Below are positions 22,941 to 33,902 of a stretch of DNA of 64,000 nucleotides, in pieces. Below the pieces are notes generated by a model, which ran no database searches, was not told the origin of the DNA, and saw only the letters and a list, made by a program, of their open reading frames with translations. The DNA comes from an uncultured Planctomycetaceae bacterium (GTDB lineage: Bacteria > Planctomycetota > Planctomycetia > Planctomycetales > Planctomycetaceae): positions 36,730 through 100,729 of the forward strand of contig CAWFAK010000010.1 in assembly GCA_963813715.1 (NCBI GenBank), given 5' to 3'. The translations under genes and the position numbers were made by a program. Positions within the stretch are counted from its first letter, which is position 1; each line of letters begins with the position of its first letter.

Positions 22941-24167
22941 CTAGGCTTCAAAATCGTCGAACGCACGGCGATAAAGCTCCGCGAACTGCGGCCGGTCGAC
23001 GGGGCGCGGATTGAAGTTGGCCGTCCATTGCGTCGCCGCTTCCTCGGCCAACACCTCCACGAGCGACGGATCGGCCCCCGCCGCGGTGAGATTGGTCGGG
23101 CAGTCCGCCTCGGCAACCAGCGATGCCACGAATCGCGCGAGCAAGTCCACGCTCGCGGCGTCTCCTGTCGCGCAAAGGCCGGCGTCCACGGCAAACTCGC
23201 TGTAGAGCGGACCGACCACTTCCGAATTATAGTGGATCACGTGCGGCAGCATCACGCCGATGGCGATGCCGTGCGTGATGTTGAAATGAGCCGAGAGGGG
23301 ATTCGCCAGCGCATGCGTCGCGCCGAGCATGCTATTCTCGATGGCGCCGCCGGCCAGATGTGCTCCCAAGAGCATGGCCGCGCGCGCGTTGAGATCGTTC
23401 GGCTTCCGCAGGACGTTGCGAAATCCCTGCGCGAGAAGTCGCCAGGCGTTGCGACTGAAGAGGTTCGAGATGGCGTTGCGCGGCTTGGACACGAACGTTT
23501 CGAGCGCATGGCTAAGGGCGTCGATCCCCGTGGCGGCCGTCACCGACGGCGGCATGCTGATCGTGAGGTCGGGATCAAGCAGGGCGATGCGGCAGGCGGC
23601 CTTCTTGTCGCCGCAGGCCATCTTCATGTGCGTCTTCGCGTCGGCAATCAGAGCGAACGATTGGGCCTCGCTGCCGGTGCCGGCCGTCGTCGGCACGGCG
23701 ATCATCGGCAAAAACGGAAGTTTGGCTCGTCCGACTCCTTTATAGTCCTCCATTCGGCCGCCGTTGGTGAACAGAAAGTTCACCCCTTTGGCGCAATCGA
23801 GGCTGCTCCCGCCGCCCAATCCGACCAATAGATCGACCTTTTCGCGACGGGCAACCTCCAACGCGCGGTCGACGTCGTCGGTGGTGGGGTTCGGCGTGAC
23901 GTCGTCGAAGACGGCAACGGCAAGGTCCGCCGCGAGCAACGAATCGATCGCGGGCTTTGCATGACCGGCCCGCGTGAGGCCTTTATCGGTGACCAACAGG
24001 GCCCGCCGGCCGCCGACTTCCCACGCCAATTCGCCCAAGCGGCCAACCGTGCCTTGGCCAAAGATCACGCGGGTGCGGCTGTCATAGTCGAAGGGCTGCA
24101 GCAGGTCGAACCGCGGACCGGAGGTCGACTCGAGAGTCCGCAAGCTCGGCGGGGGATGTTCAGCCAT
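22941..24167 (-). CDS. Iron-containing alcohol dehydrogenase
   Basis: [35 protein letters not shown] and THG metal ligands. Confidence 0.93.
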   Translation of the reverse strand: MAEHPPPSLRTLESTSGPRFDLLQPFDYDSRTRVIFGQGTVGRLGELAWEVGGRRALLVTDKGLTRAGHAKPAIDSLLAADLAVAVFDDVTPNPTTDDVDRALEVARREKVDLLVGLGGGSSLDCAKGVNFLFTNGGRMEDYKGVGRAKLPFLPMIAVPTTAGTGSEAQSFALIADAKTHMKMACGDKKAACRIALLDPDLTISMPPSVTAATGIDALSHALETFVSKPRNAISNLFSRNAWRLLAQGFRNVLRKPNDLNARAAMLLGAHLAGGAIENSMLGATHALANPLSAHFNITHGIAIGVMLPHVIHYNSEVVGPLYSEFAVDAGLCATGDAASVDLLARFVASLVAEADCPTNLTAAGADPSLVEVLAEEAATQWTANFNPRPVDRPQFAELYRRAFDDFEA

Positions 24168-24317
24168 GCGTGGTGCGTCGTCAGCGGCCCGGCCAGCGCG
24201 CGACCGAATCAGCCGAAATACCGGGTAAGCCGAAATGTTGAAGTGCAGACGCCTAACAGCCGCTCGATGGAAGAGTTGCCGGTCAGGGGCAACTCCGGTT
24301 TGCGAGCGGCCGAACCG

Positions 24318-26141
24318 CTACTTGCCTCCGTCGCTGATGGCGAACAGCGTCGAGCGATTGGCGATGTAGAGCACGTCGTTGGCGACGACGAGCGACGTCA
24401 ACACCGCGTTGCCGACGTTCACTTCCGACAGCACCTTCTTGGTCTTGCCGGTCTGAAACACGGTAATGTCCCCATCGGCGTCGCCGATGTACACCTTGTT
24501 CTCGACGATCACCGGCGAGCCCCACGATTCACTGAACTGGTCGTGAACCCAGTAACGCTCGCCCGTTTTGGCGTCGAGACAGTGGAAGAGTCCGCTGAAG
24601 TCGGAGATGTAGACCAGCCCGTCCTTCACCGCCGCCGTGCCGATCGTGCGGTGCATCTCCTCTTCAAATTGGATTTCCTTGTCGCCGTTGAAATCCTTCT
24701 TGGCGAAGTGCCAAACCGCGGCAGAGTTAGGATTGGGGATCGCCTTCTCGCCGGCCGTTGGATTGACGGCCTGGATTCGCCGCTCGGGCAGCGGCTTGCC
24801 GTCGTGGTCGACCGCCAGGTCGGGGCTCACGTCGCCGCGCTTGGTCGGATCGATGCACCAGAGATGCCCGTTACCCGGCCCATGCTCGGGGTCTTCGCCG
24901 ACGGCACAGTAGATCAGCCCATCATAGATCACCGGCGTAGCGATGATGTGATTGCGCGTCGAACGGCCGTCGATTGAGTACTTCGCGTCCTTGGGGTTGC
25001 AGTCGAACTTCCACAGCACTTTGCCGTGCCCCTGGCCGTCGCCGGCCGGATCGAAGCTATAGAGCCAGCCGTCGCCGCCGCCGAAGATCACCTGTGCCTG
25101 ACCGCCGAACACGCCGTATGTCGGCGACGACCACTGGCCGTGCAGGATGTTGAGTCCGGGGGATTTGTCGGTCCACAACACCTTGGCGGTGTTGCGGTCC
25201 ATTGCGAAGAAGCTCGGCGCGTTCGGAGCCGGAATGTTCAAGTGATCGAAATCGACGCCGTTGGAGGTGCAGACGAACAGCGTGTCGCCGACGCAGCAAA
25301 TCGAGCAGCTGCACATGTTGTGTTGGGCCACCCCCATCTGAGCCATCATGTCATAGCGCCAGATGACGTCCGCTTCGTCCTTGTTCTCGTTCGGCTCGGC
25401 CGTGTAGGGGCCGTCGTTCTTGCCGTCGTAAAAACCGTTGGCGTCCAGGCAGACGACTTCGCCCCGATTCGTGACGTACCACAGGCGATCGCCGTCGCAG
25501 TAGGGCGTGCTGCAGACGCCTTGCTGCGGCCAGTCGTTCACGCGGCCCTGGGGCAGCTTGGGATTGGAGTGCTGCCAGAGGAACTTGCCCGTCTTCTCGT
25601 CGAAGCACAACAGGCAGCCGAGATCGACCGACGGCGGATACCGCTTGATGTAACCGTTGCCATTATTCGTGCCGACGTAGACCTTGCCGTTCGCGACGAC
25701 GGGATTGCCGTATGTCTGCGAACCGAGCTTGGCGGTCCACTTGATATTGGTTTTCTTCTCAGCGTCCCACTTGATGGGGATGTTTTTGCCTTCCGGCGTG
25801 TTGTTGCGGGCGGTCCAACCACCCCACATCGGCCAGTCGTGAGGCTTGACCTTGTGACTGGCGATCTCGGCGAGGGCCAGCGCTGTCGGGTTGTAGTGTG
25901 GATCGCCGGCGGGGGCCGACGAGGCGGTCGCCGTAGCGGTTGCCGCCAGCGACTTGACGGTCTCGGGCACCGCGGCGGCATCCGATTTGGCACAGCCTGA
26001 GGCCAGCGAACAACAAAGCAAAGCCGCGCCGACGACGGCCGTCGCCGCCACGTCGGTCGCTCGCAAGCGGTTCGTCAAATTCGCAGCACCGGACCACAGC
26101 AGCCGCGGCCAGCGACCTTCGGCAGGACGTAAAGCTCTCAT
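24318..26141 (-). CDS. PQQ-binding-like beta-propeller lipoprotein
   Basis: LASGC lipobox-like, DWPMWGG, GSQTYGNPVVANGKVYVGTNN, GQWSSP and repeated Trp blades. Exact start uncertain. Confidence 0.85.
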   Translation of the reverse strand: MRALRPAEGRWPRLLWSGAANLTNRLRATDVAATAVVGAALLCCSLASGCAKSDAAAVPETVKSLAATATATASSAPAGDPHYNPTALALAEIASHKVKPHDWPMWGGWTARNNTPEGKNIPIKWDAEKKTNIKWTAKLGSQTYGNPVVANGKVYVGTNNGNGYIKRYPPSVDLGCLLCFDEKTGKFLWQHSNPKLPQGRVNDWPQQGVCSTPYCDGDRLWYVTNRGEVVCLDANGFYDGKNDGPYTAEPNENKDEADVIWRYDMMAQMGVAQHNMCSCSICCVGDTLFVCTSNGVDFDHLNIPAPNAPSFFAMDRNTAKVLWTDKSPGLNILHGQWSSPTYGVFGGQAQVIFGGGDGWLYSFDPAGDGQGHGKVLWKFDCNPKDAKYSIDGRSTRNHIIATPVIYDGLIYCAVGEDPEHGPGNGHLWCIDPTKRGDVSPDLAVDHDGKPLPERRIQAVNPTAGEKAIPNPNSAAVWHFAKKDFNGDKEIQFEEEMHRTIGTAAVKDGLVYISDFSGLFHCLDAKTGERYWVHDQFSESWGSPVIVENKVYIGDADGDITVFQTGKTKKVLSEVNVGNAVLTSLVVANDVLYIANRSTLFAISDGGK

Positions 26142-26147
26142 CGCGCG

Positions 26148-28729
26148 TTACCTCGCGTTCTTCGTCACCAGGATATTGTCGTAGAAGATTTCTGTAATTT
26201 GCGCGTCGCCGAATATGCCGGGGCTACCGGTCTCGTTCGGATGCGGACTGGGATCAGTGACTTCCACGGTCCACGCCGCAGGTTCTTTTTCGCCGCGCGG
26301 CCAGACCTTGCCGCGGAGAGTGACCTTGCTGTCCTTGTTGGAGGCCTCGAACTTCATCGTGTACCAGGTCTCGGGCTTCCAGGTGAAGGGAATACTCTTT
26401 CGCATGCGGTAATCGTGAGCGGGCCAGGTGCGGATTTCGACTTTCTGCGAATCTCCCATCAGCACCATCGAATAGCGCTGGCCGATCACGCCCACGTCGG
26501 GCAGACGACCGTTTCGAGTAGCACCGCAAACGTCGGACTGAATCGTGTAATCGTGCAGGTCGGTCTGCCCGAACCACGATTGGCTGCGGGCTCCGCGTGG
26601 GATGGTCGAGACCTTGAGCAGCACGCCATTGCCCGTAATCTTTCGCGGCCCCCGCTCGACCGTCAACTCGATTCCTTTCTTATTCGGCCAGCCAAACTTG
26701 CTGATGACCTTTTCGTCGACCAGGATTTTCAGAGCCGGATCGAGCTCGGCTTTGGCCTTTTCGGGCGAGGTGGCCTTTTCGATCAGGTCGAGATACCGCA
26801 GGAGTTCGGTCCACGTTTGCTGCGGCGTATTGTTGTCGTATTTGAGCGACGGCCGTCCCGCGGCGAACCCGGCCGACACGTAGATGTAAAGTTGCCGGGC
26901 GAGGTGGCTCTTCGCTTCGATCTTCTTGAGCAGGTCATAGTCGATGGGGATGTGCCGGGCGCGGACTCCGACCCAGGTCGCGGGGATCTGCCCGTCGTTG
27001 AAGTCGAACTTCCAATCAAGGTCCGGAATGACGCGGACTCGGGACGTCCCCTTCAGGCTGCCCACCTCGGCTTTGATCGTCACGGCAACCGGTTTTGTGC
27101 CGGACGGAGTGGTGTAGTCGCCTTTAGCGTCAATCGAGCCGCTGCCGGTCACGGAGAATTTCACCTCTTCAGGCTTTGCGTCGCGCAGATACTGACCGCG
27201 TGCGTTGTAAAGTCGCACGCCGAATTCCTGCTGATCACCGGGCCGCAGCAACGCCTCCGCCGGCACGATCTGCAATTGATCGGGCGTCGGCTGGGTATCG
27301 GTGGGCGTTTCCTGCGGCGGTGCAGGGCGAGGATCGGCCTGAGGGTCCAGGCCTTTGCGACCGATGCAGTAGAGGCAGTCGGGCAGGGTCTGGTAGATCC
27401 GTCCGTGCGAGATGATGGGCGAGGCGTTGGTCTCACCCTGCTCGGGACGTGTGAGCCGAAGCTTGTGATCATCGATCCCATGGTCGGTCACTTTGAGCGT
27501 GTGCCAAATGCCGCCGAGAGTGCAGAGGTAAATCATGCCGTCGGCATAGACAGGGCTGGCGGAGTTGGCGGTGTCGAGCTTCCTTTTGTCGCCGACGAGC
27601 TTGCCGGTCTTCGGATCGAAGAGCAGTCCGTACCCACCATTGTCGAGCACGAAGATTTTGCCGTCGACTGGAATCGCCGAGCACTTGTCGACCGGAATTT
27701 CCTTGTCCCGCCACAGTTCGCCGGAGGAGGTGAGGTCGCCGCGTTTGGTCGCATCGATCCCGAAAAAGGCGCCCATCGTACTGTCGTCGCGGTTTTCTTC
27801 CGCCTGCCCGATGAAGACGTCGCCTTTGACGACCAGCGGCGTTGCCTGGATGCCGCGCGCGGACGCGTTGTAGGACCAGAGTTGTTTCCCGGTGCGCGGC
27901 TGCAAACCGTAAATACTGCCGTCACCGGAAGCGAGCACGAGCTGTGCGGTGCCGTTGATCACGGTCGGCACGGGCATGCTGTAGGACACGTCTTCGGGGC
28001 GAGGCTTTGTGTCGCCGTACCAGACCATCTGGCCGTTGCGCTTATCGAACGCGATGATCCGCTGGGCCGGCAACGACTTGTCGCCCCAATCGACGAAGAC
28101 CGAGCTGATGTAGACGAGATTTCCCGAGACCACCGGAAACGCCGCGCGTCCGCCGAACGCGCTGATGATGCCATGCTCTTCGCAGAGCGAGTGTTCCCAG
28201 AGGACTTTGCCGGTGTTGCCGTCGAGGCAGAGGAAGTATCCGCACACACCCATCGCGAAGACATTGCCCGTCTGCGGATCGCCGACGACGCTTGACCAGC
28301 CGACGCGCGGCGAAGGAACGTCGGAAAGATAGACGTTGAAGACTTTTTGCCAAATATCCTTGCCGGTGGCCGCGTCGATACAGACAACTCGCTCGCCTTC
28401 AATATCGGTGTCCGGATTGGCCCGCAGGATGGTGTAGAGCTTGCCGCGGAAGCAGATAGGTGATGAGCGGCCGCCCAAGTCGTTGCGCTTCCACAGCACG
28501 TTAAGCCCGTGCGGGTCCCAGCGCTCGACGAGGCCCTTCTCGCGCGAAACGCCGTCCAGCTCGGGACCGCGCCAGTTGGGCCAGTCCATGGGATCGGCGT
28601 AATAGGCGTCGCCGCCCAGCTTGGCCGACGCTTTGTTCTGCGCGGGGCAGCCGAGGGAATTGCCAAGAATGTCGCAGTGATCAGACCGGCCAGAACGGGC
28701 AAAGGACGCAAGAGCAAATACGGCTTCAT
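26148..28729 (-). CDS. PQQ-binding-like beta-propeller protein with C-terminal Ig-like and beta-sandwich domains (N-terminal frameshift)
   Basis: Signal MKPYLLLRPLPVLAGLITATFLAIPSAA in another frame (ATG 28729), then DWPNWRGP and propeller blades. C-terminal WYTMKFEA...RGKVWPRGEKEP. Confidence 0.82.
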
Positions 28730-29131
28730 CGAAGGTGCTCGCTCGGGTGGAAAAGCTGGCGGGATAGCGCGACCAAAGCCTTCGGCCCGTCCGAATGTCG
28801 CGAATGGGCCGAGCTTGGAAGAGGCGTTCGGAGAGAAATCGCGGGTGACACAATCCAATCGATTGTCGAGTCACCGTCCGCGTTTTGCACTGACTGCATG
28901 GCCGACGCCAAGGATAGTCAATGCCGACAGCACCGACAAGGAATCGGAGACGAACCCGCAATTCGGAAGCGCACTGACGAACAGCCGCTCAAGCCCGTTT
29001 ATACGCTTCTCACTCCAGCGAGCGTCTTTATCTGCTTTCCCGACAAAGCGCGCAATCAGCAAGCCGCGGCAACCAGTGTTCTCGGCAGAGCCAGGCCCCG
29101 GCCGCACCGGGTCCAGGGGCACTCCCCTGGC

Positions 29132-30079
29132 TTAGTCGGCGGCGACGGGCGGTTCGGTCTCGACGTCGTACCACTTCATCGCGCGGTCCATTGGCTCGAT
29201 CCGCAGTACGACATGACCGTTTTGAAAGATTCGCACCGTACCCGTCGATTCGGACACAGCGATCGCAATGCATTGCGCGGCCTTCGAAATGGCGGCGGCC
29301 GCCCAGTGACGTGAGCCCAGCCCCTTCGAGAGCGTCAGCCCTTCGGCCGGCGCGTCGATGTTGCGTCCCGCGCCGCAGACGATGCCGTCAGACGAGATGA
29401 CGAAGGCCCCGTCGAGCTGCGCGATTTCCTTGATGCTTTCGCGGACTCGCGGGTTGCGGATCATCCGCTCTTTCTTGCTGTAACCGCGAAACGGGTCGTG
29501 CACCTGCTCGTGCGACATCTGCATCACTTTGCGGTGATTGCCGACTACGAACAGCGACCCCACGGGCTTGCCCTCGCGCCCATCGCGGCCGATCTCGACT
29601 GCCAGGTCGACGACGAGCCGCAGTGTCTCGAGCGGAACGGTTGTTTCGAGCCGCCGAAGATCCCGCGCGGTGAGTTTGGCCAGATGTTCCGACAGGCTGA
29701 CGAGGCTGATCGAGTCGATCACCGAGCGTTCGTAAACCGGATAAATGGCCACGATCCGATCGCCCGGCTGCAGGAGGTCGTCCGCGATCGCTTCGAGAAG
29801 GGCCTGGCTCAGCTGGAGCTGGCGGGTTTGCGGCTCGTGCAACAGGGGGACGAGGTCAATCTCGTCTTCCTTGGCCGCCTTCTGCACGTCGGCCTTATCG
29901 GTGGCGACGATCAGCCGCACCTTGCGGAGGTATTGCTTGATGGCGGCGAAGTCGAAGGGGACCTCGGCAAGGATCACCAGGGCCTGGGCGTCGTTTTCGA
30001 CGGCGATGCGCCGCGCGGAGATCAGCAGACTTCGCATCTGCTGCGAGATTTCGACGCGCTTCCGCTGGCCGTCCGTCAT
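29132..30079 (-). CDS. Diadenylate cyclase (DisA_N/DAC domain) with N-terminal regulatory domain, DacZ-like
   Basis: GREGKPVGSLFVVG, KEIAQLDGAFVI (DGA motif), GLGSRHWAAAAIS (RHR-like) and AVSESTGTVRIF. Confidence 0.88.
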   Translation of the reverse strand: MTDGQRKRVEISQQMRSLLISARRIAVENDAQALVILAEVPFDFAAIKQYLRKVRLIVATDKADVQKAAKEDEIDLVPLLHEPQTRQLQLSQALLEAIADDLLQPGDRIVAIYPVYERSVIDSISLVSLSEHLAKLTARDLRRLETTVPLETLRLVVDLAVEIGRDGREGKPVGSLFVVGNHRKVMQMSHEQVHDPFRGYSKKERMIRNPRVRESIKEIAQLDGAFVISSDGIVCGAGRNIDAPAEGLTLSKGLGSRHWAAAAISKAAQCIAIAVSESTGTVRIFQNGHVVLRIEPMDRAMKWYDVETEPPVAAD

Positions 30080-30263
30080 ACCATTCCCCGCCCGACTCCC
30101 CGGGCGTTCGATAAGGTGGTGAAAAGGGGTTCGCGGGCCTCCGCAGCACCGGTCGTTCGCGCTCTTTTATTGATGCCGTTCGTTTATTTATCGCGGCCCA
30201 TGCAACGTGTCGAGGAAGGCGTCGACCGGCCGCGAGTGAGAACGCCGACGGCTACGGCGGTCG

Positions 30264-31238
30264 CTAGCGAAGGCATCCTTTCCAGTGAGTCGTCGCGGCG
30301 ATTTGGCTGCCCTCACCCATCACGTCGTTTTCAGTGCGGGAGCAAGTCAGATCGCGGGAGACGGTCACTCCGCGGTCGAGATCGAACGTGATTTTTCCCT
30401 CGGGCGTTCGCTGCACCAGTTGCGCGCGGATCTGCGCATCCTGCACGGGCGTGATTTCCGAAGTCCGCAGACGAATCGTCGCGATCTTTCCGTCGACGGA
30501 CTCCAACGTGTACCGACGCCGCAGTGTAATCCTCTGGTTCAGGCTGCGGCTCACGGACACTTTGACTTTGAAGTCCTCGAACCATTCCTCGCCGACGTGG
30601 ATCGGCTTGGACGGCATGGGATCCAAGAAGCTTTCGCTCGGATCGGTCGCCGGGTCGTTCGGCAGGCCGGCCAGCGGCAGGACATTTCCCTGCGGGCTGA
30701 ACCGCACGCGACCGTGCATCCCAAGCGAGCGGTTCACTCCCTCGAATCCGCGCGGCGGAAGCTGCTTCTTGCTCGTGTCATAAGTGATCGGATTGCCATT
30801 GTTGAAGGCGTAGGTGAGTTTCACGTTGTCGATGAACAGCTCGACGATGGCCGATCCGTCCGGCTCGACCGAATCGACGTGATAATGGCGCTCGACGGTC
30901 GACTGATTCATCGTGTTGGTGATCGCCTGGTCTTTTTGCACTTGAATGTGCGAATCAACCGACAGCGGCATATGGACGTCCTGGTTTAACAGGAACTTAT
31001 ACACCAGGTGATACTCAGCCGGTTTCACCTCAACGGGCCGCGCCGCCGCAATCGGCTGACGCGCGGGGGCCGGAGTGGTCGCGGCCGGCGTGCTTGTGGA
31101 TTCCGCGAACGCGACTCGTCCGCTGCCCGGGCACAGGGTAGCGATGATGGCTGCGAGCGTGCCCGCGGCCAACACTCGCGTGTGGAATTCACTGGCTACT
31201 CCAAGACTGGAACGTCCCAAGAATGACGCGATCCGCAT
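30264..31238 (-). CDS. Secreted hypothetical protein (beta-rich)
   Basis: Signal-like segment ending VAFAE, Pro/Ala linker and LVYKF...GEEW...GKITFDLDRG. ATG at 31238. Confidence 0.65.
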   Translation of the reverse strand: MRIASFLGRSSLGVASEFHTRVLAAGTLAAIIATLCPGSGRVAFAESTSTPAATTPAPARQPIAAARPVEVKPAEYHLVYKFLLNQDVHMPLSVDSHIQVQKDQAITNTMNQSTVERHYHVDSVEPDGSAIVELFIDNVKLTYAFNNGNPITYDTSKKQLPPRGFEGVNRSLGMHGRVRFSPQGNVLPLAGLPNDPATDPSESFLDPMPSKPIHVGEEWFEDFKVKVSVSRSLNQRITLRRRYTLESVDGKIATIRLRTSEITPVQDAQIRAQLVQRTPEGKITFDLDRGVTVSRDLTCSRTENDVMGEGSQIAATTHWKGCLR

Positions 31239-31537
31239 GGGTCGGGTTCCCTGCGTAAAGGAGAGGTCGAATCGGTTGTGTTGTGTTGAGACGAGGCCCC
31301 GGCGGCGAATCAGTCGCGGGGTGTCGGAAATCGAGAGTGCCGAGCCGGTCCGGAGGCCCAGCAACAGCAACCCACGCGGTCGTGGGACCGGCAGGCGGGC
31401 GGAGTTTATCAGCCGACCCAAAATGCGGGGAGGGGACTTTAGCCGGAAAGCTGAAGAAAATGGGATAGGCGGGCTCTTTTTGGCCCAGTCCCTGTGAAGC
31501 CTGATCCCGCACCCGAGGCGCGAGCCCGCCGTCAACG

Positions 31538-31574
31538 AAAAAACCCGCTTCGTGATTGAGTCACGAAGCGGGTT
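31538..31574 (-). terminator. Rho-independent terminator
   Basis: Perfect 14-bp stem AACCCGCTTCGTGA/TCACGAAGCGGGTT with a 5-nt loop, followed on the minus strand by a T-run (A6 at 31538-31543). Confidence 0.85.
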
Positions 31575-31861
31575 GGCGGATTCGCGGGAATCCGAAATCG
31601 CAACGGAAAATCGCGTCAGTCGCCCCCCGGCGATTCTGCGCGTCATGAACCGGATCCGCAGTCTTCTTTGCGCAAGGCCTCGCCCCGCTCGTCGCCCTCA
31701 TTGATGACGGGCGTGGTCTCGTCTTCCCGAATCGGGCGAAGGTCTTCGTTTGCGTGTGACTCAAATCGCGGCGGACAAGTCGTCCTGCCATTGTCTTCGA
31801 CCAGCCGAGACGCGGGACTTCACGATGCCGACCGCGAGCGGACGCGTCGGGCCAGTCTGCC

Positions 31862-33697
31862 TCAACGAACTTTGGCTTTGAAGGTCACCCATCCCTTCGA
31901 CTTGCCGGGCAGCGCCTCATTTAACTTCCAGCTGACGATGACGCTTCCCTCGCCATTGTCGGCAATGCCGAACACGGCGGGGCGGCTCGACACGCCGCTG
32001 TCGGGAATATAGCCCAGGCGCGGCGTCAGGTTGTCGATGATGCTCACCTCGGTCAGTGGCAGATCGCCGATATTCTCGAACTCGATGCGGAAGGTGACCG
32101 TTTCACCGGGCTGCGCCGCCTGGCGATCGGCTAGCTTGACGATTTCGATGCGGCCCGGCTTGCGGTGATCGTCGATGCCCACGATTTCGCTGGCCACAAA
32201 CTTGACCGTCACTTGTTCGGCACCGGCAACCGTCGCGCGAATGACCGGGAACTCGTTGCGCGTCCAACGGAACGCATTCTGCCGCATCTTCGCGATCTTG
32301 GCCTGCAAGGTCTGCCGCATTTCCGGCGCCTTGAGGTTTTGCACGTCTTCGATGGTGCCGGCCAGGTCGAGGTTCTCGCTCAGCAGGGTCGACTGGTGTG
32401 CGCGCCGCCTCGCGTTGCTGATTTTCAAACCCGTCGGCTCGTGATCGTGTTCGCATACTCTCGAGCGGCATCCGTTGCTCGTGGTCGCTCACTGCGGTCC
32501 GGCCGCGTAAACCTTCGCCGCGCCGCGCATCGACGGCCGCGAGCGAACCGGTAACCGTGATCCCCGATTCCAGACCCGTCGCCGTGGCCACGTTGCCAAA
32601 GCGTGGCGAGTAAATTGCGACCCGGTTGGTCGGTACGATGTGGGCGTGACCAGTGCTGTCGACGTACTCAGCGACGGCATCTTCGGAGTCCAGCCCTTCG
32701 CGATGCGCGGGCGTTTCATGCACGGGCAGGGCGCGATCGCCGCCGTCCAACAGGTATTCGTCGGGCCAGAGTTCCCACGGCGGCATCGCCGGCTCGAGCG
32801 ATCCGTACGGACGCGGCAGCGTCGGACTTCCCAGTCCCCGACGCTGGGCCAGACGCAGCGCTATCCCTTCTTCGCTCTCGGAGCGGGGAACGGCAGGCGT
32901 GAAGACCGTCGCCTTGTCGATCAGCACGGCCCGACCGACGTCGGCCGCGCTGGTTCGCGGTGGGTGCTGTTCCATCGAAAGCGGCGCCGGCGGCAAAAAG
33001 AATCCCTCTTCGGGATGCTGCTCGTCCGGAATGCGGCCGCCCAGGCGAACCAGGATCATCGGCCGCCCGACTCGATCGGCTTCGATCAACAGATTGCGAT
33101 CGGGAGGCAACTGGCGATTAAGCACTGCCGGCGCCAAATCGCCGACGACCGCCATTTGCGGCTGCTCGAGATAGACCACCTTGGTGGTCATCCGGCCGTC
33201 GATCGCTTTTTGAATGTCGTCGGCGGATAGCGCGATGGGAACGGGAAATTCCCCTTCCCGTCCGACCGGCGGATGCAGCCGATCGAAAATCTCGATCGTC
33301 GGGTAGAGCTCGACGCCCGGAAATTCGGGCATTTCGCTGATCTTCAGACGGTAGGCATAGCCGACGCCAATGGTGAACTGTGCCGGAGCGGGCAGCAATA
33401 CGCCGGTCTGCGGTCCGCCGTTATACACGGTGACTTTGCCGGTGGTGGGCAGCGCGACTTGCACCGATTGAAAGGTGCCGCCGAGCCCTTTGCCGATGAT
33501 TCCCGTCCAGCGTCCAACCCGGCCGACCGGAGCGTACTGGTCGACCGGCACATAGCGGTTGTTGTCGACGTGGTCTTGAGCGAACGCGACGGTGACGGTG
33601 GCCAATTGTAGGACCGTGACCAATTGCAGGACTGCCACCGATTGCCACAGTAGGCTCGAGCCGAGATGCCGGCCCGTCTGGCAAGCCGCCCGTTCAT
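31862..33697 (-). CDS. Secreted DUF11-domain protein (frameshifted; start uncertain)
   Basis: ORFs 32103-33845 and 31862-32428. Signal ending VAFAQD. C-terminal IVKLADRQAAQPGETVTFRIEFENIGDLPLTEVSIIDNLTPRLGYIPDS is a DUF11 pattern. Confidence 0.78.
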
Positions 33698-33902
33698 TCC
33701 GCAGCGACCCGCGTTCCTTCGTGGAGCATCCGCGACCCACTCGTTCGCTCCTTCGTTGCGGTTGCCATCTGCGTGCGGTTGCTTCTGGCGGCAATCGGGG
33801 CTTGAAACCGTTTCCCGCGATCAGACCAAAACTCTTAGACGCCACTCGCGGAGCGATGTTGTGTGCATCGCTCCGCGATTTGTGGCGTCTAAGGACTCGG
33901 GC

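Noticed and set aside
21612..28295. Long antisense ORFs (e.g. 21612-23831, 26199-28295; also 52018-53337, 54131-55843)
   Set aside because: Shadow ORFs opposite well-supported genes, expected at high GC; no recognisable motifs.
31575..31860. Possible small ORF between the DUF11 gene and its terminator
   Set aside because: No clear start/RBS or recognisable motif; cannot be supported from sequence alone.
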